Origin: Saccostrea cucullata | Taxonomy: Eukaryota | Assembly (NCBI RefSeq): GCF_032062105.1 | Contig: NW_026920785.1 | Span: 1 to 64,000, forward strand | DNA: 64,000 nt | Direction: 5' to 3' | In this document: positions 1 to 13,883 of the stretch, in pieces | Layout of the letters: every line of letters starts with the position of its first letter | Position numbering within the stretch: the stretch's first letter is position 1 | Made by a program: the position numbers and the translations under genes | The notes under the pieces: generated by a model | What the model was told of the DNA's origin: nothing | Seen by the model: the letters and a program-made list of their open reading frames with translations, nothing else | Database searches by the model: none

Positions 1-3000
1 ACGGAAGAATGGTGACCGATTTCTTTTGTCATGGTCATCAAATAAATTGTTAGGTTTTATTTGAGGGTTTCATGGAATACCCCTTTTTTATCGCGATACT
101 TGTAAAACGTGTAGTTTGTTAATTAAAAAATCTCATATCTAAATGTAATGATCTTTTCAGTAGTACCAATGCAAATTTTGAGTGTTTAATTTTACAATAA
201 ATAATAAAATAGTCTTATATGTAGATATTTTATTCTCATGAACATAATGAACTTATAGTTTATTTTAGTGAAAAAATCTGCTGACTTCCGTTTAAACAAC
301 CTTAGTTTTTTTCATTATTCAAAACAGCATTTGTATAAATATACACTCCCTGAAAATATCAATTAACTATAATACATGCAATCTCTACTTATTAAAAGAT
401 GGTAAGAATTCCTTGCTTTTTTTTAACAGTTTATACCCCTCTCTGCTGCAAGTAAAGAAAACAAAAGAGTCTGCAAATTCAGAATACACAAGGGGATGGA
501 GCTATCATGTCACCCAGAACCTCTTTCACACATGAATGAACAAGCAGTCCCAAAGAATTAGTCCCAGTGACATCTGGGACTGCTGGGTCTGCTTTCTATA
601 GAAGTCTCAGAGCAGTCCAAAAGCGGTCCCATAGCAGTCCCAGAGCAGTCCCAAAGCAGTTCTACGGACTGCTTTCTGGGAGTGCTTTGGTGTTAGGTTG
701 GGTCTGGTCGGTATTGTTTGTCTTGCTGGTTTTCAGTTATACTTAAAATTATGCGCGACATGGTATCACATGTATGTAGCGTGTTGTAAAAGTATTTTTT
801 CAAAATTGATAATATAGGGTAAAAATAGTAAAGCAATGCGGTAGCACGGCACTCTAGTCTCGCTCGCTGGGGTTTAGAGAATAGTATGGCTGATAGTTAT
901 TCAATGAAGTGCAATGAATTTGGGCTATATATGTGTATTATTTTAAAAGTGGGTATATATTAGCAGTATAAAAATGAATAAAAGCAGTAGCGGGCAGCGT
1001 TCCTACTTGATATGTTTTGTTTTTTTATTCATTTAGCATTTCATTTATTAATATTTGGATGAACTAAGTGAGGGAGAATACAGTGCTGCTATCCCACATG
1101 TTGACATGGGATGGGATCGGATAGGATTCAGGATTGAGGATTCACGATAGAAACATATAGAAGTTAATCCAATCCTATCCTATCCTATCCTATCCTGTAT
1201 CCTACAGCCAATCAGATTCGAGCAAAGGTTTATTCATATTTCAGAATAAATTACAAAAACGAAATACAATATAAAATGTTTACAAAAGAAATATTTATAA
1301 AATTTCAATAGAAAATAAAACATTATCTTTTCTAAAAACAGATTTACATTATAAACTTCGAGTAATACGGCGTACGATCTAACCGTGAACGAGAACCGGA
1401 AGAATAGTCCAGGCATCGAAAGACTGTATTTCTTCAGCTTCTTTGGATGATTTAACCGATTCTTACTTGTCTAAAAGTGTAGTAACACGTTTTTTATCTG
1501 TTAGATATGCTCAAGTAACTTTTTAAATTCATTATCCGATTTTCATTACGTTATAAAACCCAATACATTACAATGATATTTTTTTTCTCGATATATTATG
1601 AATACAAAGTACAAACTTTTGAGTCACTCAATAAAATCAGTGGGCACTGGTATATTGACAGAAATAAAAGGAGTCAAATTTACCTATGTTTTACAATTTT
1701 TCCAAATTAAACCGATCCCGACCAGAATTATATAAAGAAGGAAATACTATAATTGTCATGTTAAATTTGGCTCTTTTGTTGTAATATGGTCAAAAAATTA
1801 CATTATATACTTTTTTTTACATGTCTTATAGGTGGCAGTTGTCTTTAGTTTTATACCTTTACACATTTTGCATTATTTTCAATCGAGATCGGTTCTATTT
1901 CAATCAGGATCGGTTTTACCGTAAAACTAGAAATATTCCTAATCTTTTGGTTCTTCATTTACTTTATCAGAAAAAATATGCTTGTGTTGTATTTCTGTTC
2001 AGTCAGTCAATTGTTTTAAAATTATTTTATCCATAGATTCAAATGGATGTACAATGTATTTAAAATACTAATGTCTTTTGCGTACATGAAGATTACAAAC
2101 ATGTATAACATCTGTTTGATTTCTTGATACTCGGTATGAAAAAAACAAGTATTTGTACATGCATTATGCAACAACTGAGAGCAGACAGTTTATCTTTATT
2201 AAATATCTTATTTCCAAGTATTTTTTTTTTTATTTTCTCAGGAATTAAAGAGTTAATTTGTATTAGTGGCGAAATTTTACTTGTACGAAAATATTTTTAT
2301 GTGCAAAGTCTCGGCTTTATTCATGTTTTTTAAACCTGTCATTTATAAAAAGACTTTCCCCCTATATTTTCATCTTTTATAAAATTTAATTTTATATAAA
2401 TTAAGAAAATAAGTTGTTTCATATATAGTAACATTATTTAAGAGCCCATAAATCGCAAGCAAAAAGCAGGGGAGGGGGAGGGGGGGGGGGGCAAGGCGGC
2501 ATCTGTTAAAAAAAATGCGCAGTTTCATTAATGTGAAAACATTTAAGAATTGGCCAACATAGTCACATGTTTCACTCCATATTGAATGTGAGTTGTTTCA
2601 ATCACCAAATTTAACCAAAAACAAAAAAACAACAAACAAACAAACAAACAAACAAAACCAAATTACTTATAAAAACGGACTTCTAGCTGAGACGCCGCCC
2701 ATGTATAAAATACATTTTATTGAATAATATATGACTATTTTACATTTAGGATAATGCACTCTGAAGAGTTTTTGAACTGAAAAAGAGTAATTATTTATTT
2801 TCAATCTTTTTCTTTGCGCTTTAATGCAAAAAAAAAAAAAAAAAAAAAATACAAATTTCTGTGGAAAACTTGAAACTATCTAATTATGACGCAATATTAG
2901 TTAGGTATATGACGTCACTGATACATCAATGGAAACGTGGATTCAACATGAATAATACTGCCAATTTTAATCTGAATATTGCGTTTAAAGGCGAAAATGA

Positions 3001-3513
3001 ATTTTATTTTGAAAATAAACTAGTAATTTTTTGTTTAATAATTTTTTTTTGTATATATTCTAAACATTTCATTAGGATTCCGATAGTAAGGTGTTTCGCA
3101 GATTTACCGTTGCCACGGGAGATAACTCTTACATCAAAAAATTTCATAAACACGTCTAATATATTTTGCAAGAAAACTACTATCAAAAGTGTTTTACCCA
3201 TTTATTTTATTTTTGAAACTGAAAGACGAAATATATTTTTAGATTTAGTTCATCATGAATTATAGTCCTGTTAAATATGTATTGGAAATTACAGTTCTTT
3301 GTTTCTGACCTAAATTCAATGGTTTATATAGGGGAATTCAAGAACACGAAACAAAAGGATAATTTACTAAATAATCAATTTTCAAACAAATCTTCGATTA
3401 CATTATTCCATTTGGACTACATTGATATTGTTTTTTATAAATTAAAATATCAAATATTAAAATATCAAATATTCCTCACATTCGATGTGCCGCCTATGAA
3501 TATAATCCTGTCT

Positions 3514-3546
<33 letters not shown>

Positions 3547-4771
3547 AGGACTGCCTCTTAAAATCAATCAAGTTACTGTACGTGTACATAATTTGGCGTA
3601 TTCAAAATTTAGCGCAATCAATGGATATGCAGTTGTTGTCGAAACAAGATCGAGTTTGACAAAAGAAAGTTGCGCGTCATAGTCATTAACTTCCAAAGCA
3701 TTAAAGCCAGAAAAGAGAATTTACAGCAGCTGCGATTACCTGTAAGCACAGTGAAGACCCATTGACCATTGGTTCAATTTACCGGCCACCAAGCAGTAAG
3801 ATGGAATATATAGAGGAATTGTGTTCAGGTGTTCAGAGCCTTGCCAGGAGATATCAAGGTTTAGAAATATGGACTGGAGGCGATGCCAACCTGCCCGATA
3901 TCGACTGGAAGTCTTCCAGAACTTCTACCCAACATAATCCAGCAGGTATCAACACCACCTTTATCAACACTGTGTTTGACATTGGAGGCGAGCAGATGGT
4001 AGTCTTTCCTACCCGAGGTACGAACACCGTAGATGTCTTCATCACGAACCGCACCTCCTTATTAAACAGGTGCATACCTTGCTCAGGCCTTAGTGACCAT
4101 GACATGGTCATGATAGAAACGAATATAGTGCCCTCAAAACAGAAACCGGTCAGACGCCTCATCCACTTATGGAAGAAAGCCAACACAACAAAGATGGCAT
4201 TACCTGGCACACCTCCTTGATGGGTATACACATGACACCCCCATAAACGACCTTTGGATCACCTTAAAGACAGTCTGCCTCAACACCATCAGGAAGCACG
4301 TACCAACCAATTGGACTTCAAGTAGATTTAACCAACCATGGTGTAACATAAAGATCAAGCAACTGTCAAGACAAAAACGAAGAGCTTACAACACATATAA
4401 AAGATCAGACAAGGATAAGGATCGACAGAGATACAGGCGCCTGCAGAAATCAACCCAACATGAATGTAAAAGTGCCTATAACTCGTACGCATCAGAAATG
4501 GTGCAGGAGGATTCCAACAGTAAGAAACTCTACTCCTTCATTAATAATAAGAAGTGTGACAGTGCTGGGATTGCTTCACTTCGATCTGACGAGAACCTTC
4601 ATGGAGATCCAGAAACAAAAGCCTCTCCCCTGGACCAACAATTTTCGTCAGCGTTCACCACAGAGGATACATCCGATATTCCATCCCTAGGTTCTAGTTC
4701 CATCCCATCGGCACCTGATATCAGAATCACAGAGAAGGGCGTACTTAAGCTCCTTCAAGGACTTAACCCTA

Positions 4772-6305
4772 TAGTAACACAGTTAAGGTTAAATCGAAAT
4801 ATCGGCGATTTTTAAAGATAAAAAATGAATACTTTATTAGGATGGGCGATTCTTTTGAGGACTTCACTGATACAATAAAAATGTAATGTGGTTTCAATTT
4901 ACATGTTGGGGACATTAAGATTTTTTATTAAGACTTGTCACGTGATGTCGACGTCACACGAAGTTAGCAATTATACTTACAGTTTAGAGATCATCCATAG
5001 ATTCTAATATTGCAAGGGCATAACCAAGTTAAAAATCTTAGTTTAAGGGGGCCGACTATAGTTTCCATTGCGCAATATTTCGTGCATCATAGTAAAATGA
5101 AGCGTATTTACTGTTTTTATACAACTTTTTTCGCTTAATTATAAAATTAAACAAAACTAAGAAATTATAGGTATAAAAATCTTATTATAATTTTATGTAA
5201 TGAATTTTTAACCGATTTTGCAATTGATAAATAGGTTGATGTCTTTGCAGTGTGCTTCTGACGTTATGATAATCTGTAGCTCTGAAAGAAAGGGGTAATA
5301 CAAATATTATTAAAGAAAAAGTAATAAACATACTCCCTTGAAATTTAAAACATAAAGATTTGAGAATATCTCCAATATTTTTATTTTTAAAGTGCTAAAA
5401 ATTTGCATTTTCCTATATAATCCTATTGTAAATGTACCTGTATTTTGAGACGGACCCTCAAAAATATCTGGACTGTAGATATCCCCAAAACTTTGCATAT
5501 ACGCCGAAGTTAATGTAAGTTATATATGATATAAAAAAGAAGAGTTTCGCTATTGTATTTATCACACAATAAATCTATAGTCGGCCCCCTTAGTTTATAA
5601 TCCTTTTCAACACTTTATGTACTTTGTGAAAAGTGCTGCGAACCTATATAGATTCCCCTTTTCAATTGCTAAAATTTGTTGGACTGCAGATTGAATATTT
5701 TGCTGGTCAATTACATAAAATATAGCTATTATTAATTTATTTCATGAGGTTCGCAGCACTTTTCAAATATCTTAATGCTTCTAGAGTTTATGTGTAATAA
5801 CCTGTCAAGATACATTGAGGGTATACCCTTGGAATAAACCGATTTACTAGGGCTCTTCCATTACTTTTTCAACGAATTCGCATACAAATTATAAACATAT
5901 GACAGCATCACTTGTCTGGAGAATGTACGGACAGTTTATAAATAAAATACTAAAATAGACATTGCATCCAAGTTAACGGCCTTTTATTTAATTGCAAATA
6001 ATATTTTATTTGAGAACAAAAGACATTTTTCATTGTACAAAATGAGACTTGATCAGCCTCTCACTGTGTTCAAACTGCGTCATTTTTGACAAGTGCATTG
6101 TTTATATACTGTTGTGTGGGATTTAACAATCGACAAAACTGCATAGTAAGTTTGTATGTGGTATACAGCTATCCAGCTATTTGAAATAGCAAATAATTTC
6201 ATTTTGTGGTATTTTAAAGGCCATATATTTTGTGTGACGTCATAGTAAACATTTCCCGTACAAATTAGGCCCTGCCCCCTTACTTTAACCTTAACTGTGC
6301 TGCGA
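4772..6305. mobile_element. Non-autonomous TIR DNA element inserted in the LINE
   Basis: Perfect 16-bp inverted repeat CACAGTTAAGGTTAAA (4778-4793) / TTTAACCTTAACTGTG (6284-6299), extending to about 22 bp with 3 mismatches. Removal restores LINE codons cct-aat-aag. Internal 19-bp inverted repeat at 5627-5645 / 5747-5765. Confidence 0.8.
5046..5590. mobile_element. MITE nested in the 4772-6305 element
   Basis: TIR AGGGGGCCGACTATAG / CTATAGTCGGCCCCCT, flanked by the direct repeat TAGTTTA (5039-5045, 5591-5597). Confidence 0.85.
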
Positions 6306-9142
6306 ATAAGGCGACTGGCCGGATGAGATCCCCACTAGATTTCTGAAAGAGATGGCTCACCCAGTTACACCAGCACTCACCAAGATTTTCCAGGCATCCT
6401 TTGACCAAGGTCAAACACCTTAGGACTGGCCATGGAAATCAGCGAATGTCTCGCCTATATTCAACCTCTTACCTCTGTATGTTGCAAGGTAATAGAGCAC
6501 ATCATCCACAGCCACCTGATGAATTTTTTCGAGCATCACAGTATCCTAACCGACTACCAGCATGGGTTCAAAAAAAAGGGATCCTGTGAGTCCCAACTAA
6601 TAACAACAATCCAGGACCTCGCCATGAGTATTGAAAACAACACCCAGGTTGATGCAGTGCTACCGGACTTTTCTAAAGCATTGGACAAGGTCCCACATGA
6701 GAGATTGCTAGCCAAACTAGACCCCTACGGGGTACGAGGCAGCCTACTCATTTGCATCAGGAGTTTCTTGTCTGGGCGAATGCAAAAAGTATTGGTCGAG
6801 GGCCATTTTTCACCAACCGCATCGGTTACATCTGGAGTGCCCCAAGGAATGGTCCTTGGCTTACTGCTATTCTTGACATACATAAACGATTTACCCTCCA
6901 GAGTGAAATCCAATGCCAGGTTATTTGCAGATGACTACCTTCTGTATAAGACCATCACTACAGAGGCGGACGCCAGACAACTCCAGATGGTCCATGGCAA
7001 CCTCCAAGATTGGGAAACAGACTGGCTAAGGCATTTCAACCCAGACAAGTGTGAGGTTATCCGTCTCACCACCAAACGGAAACAACGCATCATCCCATAT
7101 TACATCCATGGGAAGGAGTTAGCCTACCACTACCAACAAGGCCAAGTACCTAGGGGTTAACATCTCCAACAACCTATCGTGGAAGCATCATATTGATAGT
7201 GTATGTAAGAAGGCAAACAACACCACTGCCTTCTTAAAGAGGAACTTCTCGTCCTGTCCCAGCAAAATCAAGGACAAGTGTTACAAGACATTGGTCAGAC
7301 CCCAGGTAGAATATGCATCCATCGTCTGGGACCTTCACACAAAGAAAAACATCGACAAACTAGATGCAGTGCAAAGAAGGGCATCTATGTTCGTGACTAA
7401 TAACCACAACACCACCAGTAGTGTCACAACGATGATTGACAGGCTAGAATGGGAAAGTCTACAACAACGCAGAATTAAAGCAACGGCTATTTTGATGTAC
7501 CGTGTTGTCCATTCCCTTGTTGCCATAGACCTGCCTCCCAAATTCAGCCAAACAGGAGCAGCCACCATGGGACACAAACACAGGTACAGGATCCCATTCT
7601 GCCGTACTAACGTCTACAAGGAATCGTTCTTTCCTTTCCTACTACCATCAGGATATGAAACCAGCTGCCAGAAGACACCATCACGGCCATGTCCCCGGAG
7701 TCCTTTAAGACCAGAATTCAGGGATATAAAGCGACATAAATCAAGTAGGACATGTTTATATCAGTTTTTAAAATTGTAAATAGATGCGTGGACTCCCCCT
7801 CACGTACACGCTTTTAATCAAAGTGAGAATATGCCGCAGCAGCGGTCCTTCAATTATCATCCTCTACGCCAAAGCCGCTAAAATATGATGCCCGCTATAT
7901 TAAGTACAAATACACGATATTTGTAAACTAACTAACATTTTATTCTATCATTTGTAAAACTTTGAAAATGACATTTGTCCGTGGAGCCGTTGTAAGAATA
8001 TTTCCCTAGAGTCGTGAACCATCGAGTTGATTCCTACATTCAGGGTTCGAGCCCCACATTAGGCGTTTTACGTGCAGTTCTAATTTTGCAGACCACAAAC
8101 TACAACTTTGACGAGTCAATATGAGTGAAAACTCTCGAAAGACACGTAAAAAAATATCAAAGGCTTATGGTAATCCGATCCTCAGCCAGGAAAGATAACT
8201 CCAAAAAATAATATTTTATATAAAAAAAGCATCAATAATAGACTTAAATATGAAACTTTTTCATGCAACTGTTTTCATTTCATTAGTCTTTATATGATTC
8301 AAGGTTTATGGAGGTATTAGAAAAGGTCTTATATAAAGTTGGCATTTGTAAGCCATAAAAAAGGGAAAAAAATACGTTTTTAGAGAAGTGAGATGGAATT
8401 GAATCAAGCCTTATAAATCATACCAAGGTTAATTAGCATGATATGAAATAAGAAGTTATTTGTGATGTCTTGCAATGATTGCAAAAACCTTTTACGCCAT
8501 GAATTATATAGTACATGAAGGAAATAGAAGACATGAAATACCAAAAAACGTATTAAAAATCGCGACAATTTCTTTGAGTGACTGAATACCTATTGTTTTC
8601 TGACCTATAATTTATCTGTTGATGAATTTGCAATTTGAAAATGCATAGCTGATATTCCTATTCGCTTTTTCTGAATATATATAGGAGATTGTACAATTTT
8701 CCCTATATCATATGATTAACTTAATGTTTAACTTTTAAGAAATACTGTGGATAAATTTACATTACTTTGTGGTTTCAGAGATATTTTTATGAGTAGTTTC
8801 GATTACTTAATTGCTAACTTTATGAACCTGAGGTTCGGACTACCGTAAAAAGCCTTATAACTATAGATTATGAGCATAGTTTTATGAAAGTAAAAACTAT
8901 GTCTTAATAAAAAAAAATCCAAGCAACAACATAATGAATATGAATATCTTAGCAGGCCTTAGTGCTCAAATGTAATCAATATAGAACGTCCTATTTGATG
9001 TACACAAGAAAAGTATAAAAGGGAAAAATATTGATTCTTTTCTTGATTAAAACCTTCTTCCAAAATTAAATAAGTATTTACGAATAATTCAAATTTTATG
9101 CTATTTTGTCGACATAAGATGCAATGTTATTTTTTTCAGATA

Positions 9143-9845
9143 TTAAACAAATCTTTCACATATCAAAAAAAACTTGGAGGCGCAGTAAGGATCATTCCAT
9201 AATCCGGTTCTTGTTTGAAATGTGGAGATTTCAATGCAATCTTCTTTGTCTTCGCTGTCATTTGGTGCTGCTCTGTCCCAGTCCGTGAACGTCAGGGATC
9301 TTCCTGTAGATGACCAGACAAACCTCCCCTTTATGTTTCTATCAGTTCCACCGATCCAAAATTTCTCTTTAAGGTAATTCAAATAGAATGTTACATTACA
9401 TATTGCAAAAATAAGATAAATATTACAGGAGATCTGACTTTAAAATGCTCACTGTATTCAAGATATGACAGAGACTCGTCATCATATATGCTGATTCTTT
9501 GTTTCAGAAAATAGTTTTCTTCCTTTGTTTCTATCTCGACTAGTTTTGCACCAAACTGTAGATACACCATCTACAAAGTTCATTTAATGACAGGTTTACG
9601 AAAATGAGACCGTACATGTTGTAGGTTACATCTGCTAACAAGGTAGTCGTCAGTGAAATTCAATCTTTGAAATACTGAGAACCGTTTTCTAACAGATTTG
9701 ACATTCATCTAACTACTATTAATTTTAAGTTGAAAGAGAAGAAACATAATTTTGCATTGTCCCACGACTTCTCCTGTGCTATGATATTGTAACAGAAACA
9801 TTCAAGCAAAATCCAGTTTGATGGACATGAATTTCTCGTCATATC
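9143..9845 (-). pseudogene. C-type lectin (perlucin-like CTLD), probable pseudogene
   Basis: Exon ~9845-9750 gives CPSNWILLECFCYNIIAQEKSWDNAK. Exon 9570-9480 gives MVYLQFGAKLVEIETKEENYFLKQRI. Exon ~9367-9143 gives FWIGGTD..GRFVWSSTG...FTDW..APN...EDC...WND..C...ICE. The expected donors read TTATGT and ACGAGT instead of GT, and a conserved CTLD Cys appears as Tyr. 5' exons not resolved. Confidence 0.8.
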
Positions 9846-10883
9846 TAAATGTTAGAAAAAAGAAAGATAAGAAATATACGATATGCAATGATGATATACT
9901 TCTGACTAGTTTACAACTTTTGACTTTAATTTCAATTTTCTCTTGAAATATACAACTTTGAAACATAATCTTCAAGTTTTGAGAGTTCAGTGTGCTTTCA
10001 ATTGATTCCCTCTATTATTTAAGGAATGATTATTCACACACAAAAAAATGTTTTTTTGTAAGATACTTGTATTCATATAATGAAAACTGCACAGAACATG
10101 TCAATCGTAAGTGTAATATCTAAAAGAAATTTGTAATAAGGATATTATCAAATTAACAATTCTATGTAAAGATTTTTTTTGTAGATAATTATTTAAGGAG
10201 TAATTTTATGTTATAGTAAGGGAATAATGTCAATGAATATTAAAATCAACATATTACATTGCAACATCAAACACATACCTTCTTTATATTGATATTGAAA
10301 TAATTCTTAAAATACTTTACTTAAAATACTTAAGATATACTTTTAAATTTACTTAAAATACTTTACGTAAAATACTTAAAATATATTTTGCTTAAAATAC
10401 TCCGATAGTTCAATATCGGTTGTCAATGAATCTCATATCATTTTTTACAACATAGGATCAGCAATCGAGATTCAGTCCTCTTCCAGTGACCATGGTACAT
10501 GTAACTTTTAACGATTTTTAATATAATCTGTTTTCTTATAGATCGTTAGCCTAATACAGAGTCTATATTCTTAGCCTGAGCAATTGACATGCAGACACAA
10601 CTCGTTTTTTTTTTTTAAATATTTTTCTGCGTTCAGCAATTGTTCAGAATTTTTATTTTAAGTTTACATGAATACAAATGATGATATTTACGAGTGGTAG
10701 TTTGTGACTTTCTCCTTTGTATTTATTTATTTTTTCAATGAGGTCTGCAGTTTGTATGTAATGAATTTCTTTACACCACAATATCAGTTTGAATGTGCAA
10801 TGAAATGAAAATTCTTGATTTGAATGCTTTTTTTGCTTTTGCACGTTATTGGAATTTACAAAATCTGATCTATTTCGCTGAAA

Positions 10884-11315
10884 TTTCTATGCGCCCGGAT
10901 CGATAGATTCAGGGCGTTTATTGTTTTTGTCCTGTCCATCTGTCTGTCTGTCTGTTTTTCTCGAACTTAAACCTTCACAATAACTTTTGAACCATGAAAG
11001 AAAGAGACTTCATATTTAGTATTCACACCCCACTAATCAGGTTATTTCAATTGACACCAAGGTCAATAACTTTGCGACCTTGACTGTGACCAATTTGCTA
11101 AAAATAGCTATTTTTTAACCCTAACTATAACTTTTGAACCATGAGAGATTGAGATTTTATATCTTATACGCATACTTCATTAATCAAGTTCTTTCAAATG
11201 ACACCAAGGTCAATAGCCTTCTGACCTTGAATGTGACCTTGATGCTAAAAATAGACTTTTCCGAACTTTGTTGCTACCGGGCGCATAGATTTTCACAAAC
11301 AAATCTTGTATTTTT
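10884..11315 (+). mobile_element. Helentron/HINE-like non-autonomous element
   Basis: Starts in a T-run with TATGCGCCCGG, then a (TCTG)n microsatellite and two internal GACACCAAGGTCAA repeats. 3' subterminal inverted copy CCGGGCGCATA, then a short hairpin and TT. Boundaries approximate. Confidence 0.65.
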
Positions 11316-12755
11316 CAGCTAAGGAAGTCCTCTTTACATAAATAAATCCTTGTTCCCAACTAGATGTTCCTGAGTTTCTTGGCGTACCGATGTCTTTTAC
11401 ACTAAGGCATCGTTTGGCACTGCAAAATGTGATCAAACAATTGTCATCATCAATATATACGTGTTTTTGATTTTTTTTATCACTTTCCCTACGTGACGTC
11501 ATCATTCATGGTTAAGTAGTTTTGACATGCTCTAAGCAAAGCAATTAAAATACACACCTGGCCAAATTTCATAATTTTTAGCCACATAGTCAAAACTTTT
11601 TCGCATATTACATGGATACTCATATGCATTTCTTTTCCCTTTCATCAGTACATTAGTTATTGTAAATATTGAAATAAGAGAACTAAATCGTTTTACATTT
11701 TCAAGCTACAAATGTGCTTCAATATATATCTGAATCAATTTCTTTTGTGATTTATTAAAAAAAACTGTCTACTCGTATACATGTGATCAAATCGTGGATA
11801 TATAAACCATAATTGTTTCGTACATAAAAGTCCTTTAGGTTAGGGGAGAAAAACGCGCATCTTCTCTGTTGATAAAATTTTATATTCATTGAAGATTTTG
11901 TTGCATTTGTAACAATACCTTTGGGTCGATTTTTATCCCTTGTATATACAAAGAGTTGACATAAATCAAATGAAGTGCCCATTTTTGTGCCTAAATAGAA
12001 GTTTTCTTTTAGTGTACAACTTATAGTTCTCCTGTCATAGATCACAATTTTATCAGACGATAGAGATTCAGACCGATTTGTAGCTACAGTTTTTATTTAT
12101 ATGAAAGAGATATATAATTAAGATTGGAGAGAGAAAGAAAGAGACAGAAAGAGAACTAATTTAGCTCATAATTATAAACAATCAAGAATTACTAAGAAAT
12201 GGATAAGAGGAATTTACTAAATCTATTAATTGAACACTGCTAAAAGTATCTTATTGGAAAAACTGCATAAAAAAATGAAAGGATTATTGAATTTATGTCA
12301 TCTCAAGTGCTTGCAATTGATCCCCAAAATAGATCCTGAGAAAAAAAGAAGAATGAGGAATAATCAAAAGGATTCGATTAGGTGGTTTAAGCGTACAAAA
12401 AGAAACCAAAATTGTAAAATCTTAATTTTATGAAGTTTATCACTGTTGCTCAGATATTTATACGGAAGAGTCACTAAATTTAATGAATGATTTTAGCCCC
12501 CAAACAGTTTAATGGCTGAGGATATGAGTAAATAATATAAATTTATACTTTTCTATGAGCTATTTCCTCAATTTTTAAATAATCATAAATGTAAATCGGT
12601 TTTATTCATATTTGAGGTAAAACATAAAAAGTAACTTGAAGATAATGTTATTGGCGTGTTAGAAAAAGGGAGTTCTGAAAAATACTTTTGAAATGAATTT
12701 TGCACATGTTAAGTAAATCATGTATATTATATTTGAACGCCTTTTCCGGTTTACA

Positions 12756-13883
12756 TTTTTTGTCGCCCGCTTGAAAAGTGGGGAATATTAATTTGGGTTT
12801 GTCCGTCTTTCTGTCTGTCTTTAACGCTTTCGTTTCCACACGATATCTCAAGAACCCTTTGAGCTTTTGCAATGAAATTTTGCATAGCAACTCCCTATGG
12901 AGTAAAGAAGACCCCTATTGATTTTGAGGTCAAAAGGTCAAAGGTCAAGGTCATTAATAAACAAATTCTAACTGTTATAACACTTTTGTTTCCACACGAT
13001 ATCTCAAGAACCCTTTGAGCTTTTGCAATGATATTTTACACTACTCCCTGTGGTCTAAGGAAGACCCCTATTGATTTTGAGATCAAAAGATCAAAGTTCA
13101 AGGTCGTAAATTTATACAATCTGTTTGGATGAAGCACTATTATTTTCGGGCGATATTTCAAGAAAATTTTGAGCTTTTGCTATGTAATCTTACACCAAAA
13201 CTCCCTAGGACCTCTCACACTCCTCTCAAAGTGCCCCGCCCCGTTTGTTTTCTTAGTATTTATTATATTACATGTCGCTATTTTTAGCACAGGGACATGG
13301 GGAGAATTATTACGCATTAAACAGGTTCTCGGTGGACTTTATATTCTTATTACATCTATTTGAACTGTTTAGTAAAGGTAAAATTAGACACCATGCTTTG
13401 TGTAAAAAATTGACAATATTGAACGTGAATATATACATGTATGTCACTTCATGTATGTATATAATTGTCGTCAAGTAACAGTGGCTCCGTGGTCTAGTGG
13501 TATTGTCTCTCGCTTCACATGTGAGAGGGTCCGGGATCGCAACTCGGACGATTCTTTTTTTTTTTTGAAATACTTTTCTCTTTTTTACTAAACGATAGTA
13601 TTCACCATGTGAAATGAAAAAATTTATGAGGTCTGGCTTGTACAAACTCATAAAATCATCATTACAGTGTGATAGATATTCCATAGAAAAAAGAATCTTC
13701 TACACACATAATAAAGAATAATTCATCAAACCTTAATATCCATATTGGAATATTTTATTTGCTTCAGTATACAATTAATAATTCTATAAATTCAGTGAAG
13801 GGGATCCGACCCCCCCGACCCCGAGCTGCGATTGGTTTACTTTTTCCTAAGCGGGGGACACAAATTCTCTGAATTAGCTTGTT
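12756..13883 (+). mobile_element. Helentron/HINE-like element with ~155-bp internal tandem repeats
   Basis: 5' TTTTGTCGCCCGCTT, TCTG/TCCG microsatellite, two copies of GTTTCCACACGATATCTCAAGAACCC...GAAGACCCCTATTGATTTTGAG, 3' AAGCGGGGGACA inverted motif plus hairpin-TT. Confidence 0.65.
13483..13554 (+). pseudogene. tRNA-Val(CAC)-like pseudogene / tRNA-derived sequence
   Basis: A-box TGGTCTAGTGG. Anticodon arm CTCGC-TTCACAT-GTGAG (CAC at 13516-13518). T-arm CCGGG-ATCGCAA-CTCGG with a non-canonical loop. Poor acceptor stem, followed by oligo-T. Confidence 0.55.

Larger units (their letters stand above)
3670..7790 (+). mobile_element. Decayed CR1/L2-group non-LTR retrotransposon ORF2 (APE endonuclease + reverse transcriptase), interrupted by an insertion at 4772-6305
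   Basis: EN motifs IGSIYRPP, GGDANLPDIDW, DVFITN and SDHDMV (3762-4220). RT motifs DFSKALDKVPH, GVPQGxVLGxLLFLxYINDLP and LFADD (6432-7160). C-terminal RPQVEYASIVW (7291-7779). Several frameshifts, stops and deletions. LNP|NKATG reads through once the insertion is removed. Confidence 0.93.

Noticed and set aside
341-1210. AGCAGTCCCA repeats, (ATCCT)n tract and a possible CACTCCCTG transposon end
   Set aside because: No matching second terminus or TSD found; likely repeat debris that cannot be delimited.
2861-3561. 134-aa and 94-aa ORFs
   Set aside because: Low-complexity F/I/N/K-rich translations of AT-rich non-coding DNA with no motifs or splice support.
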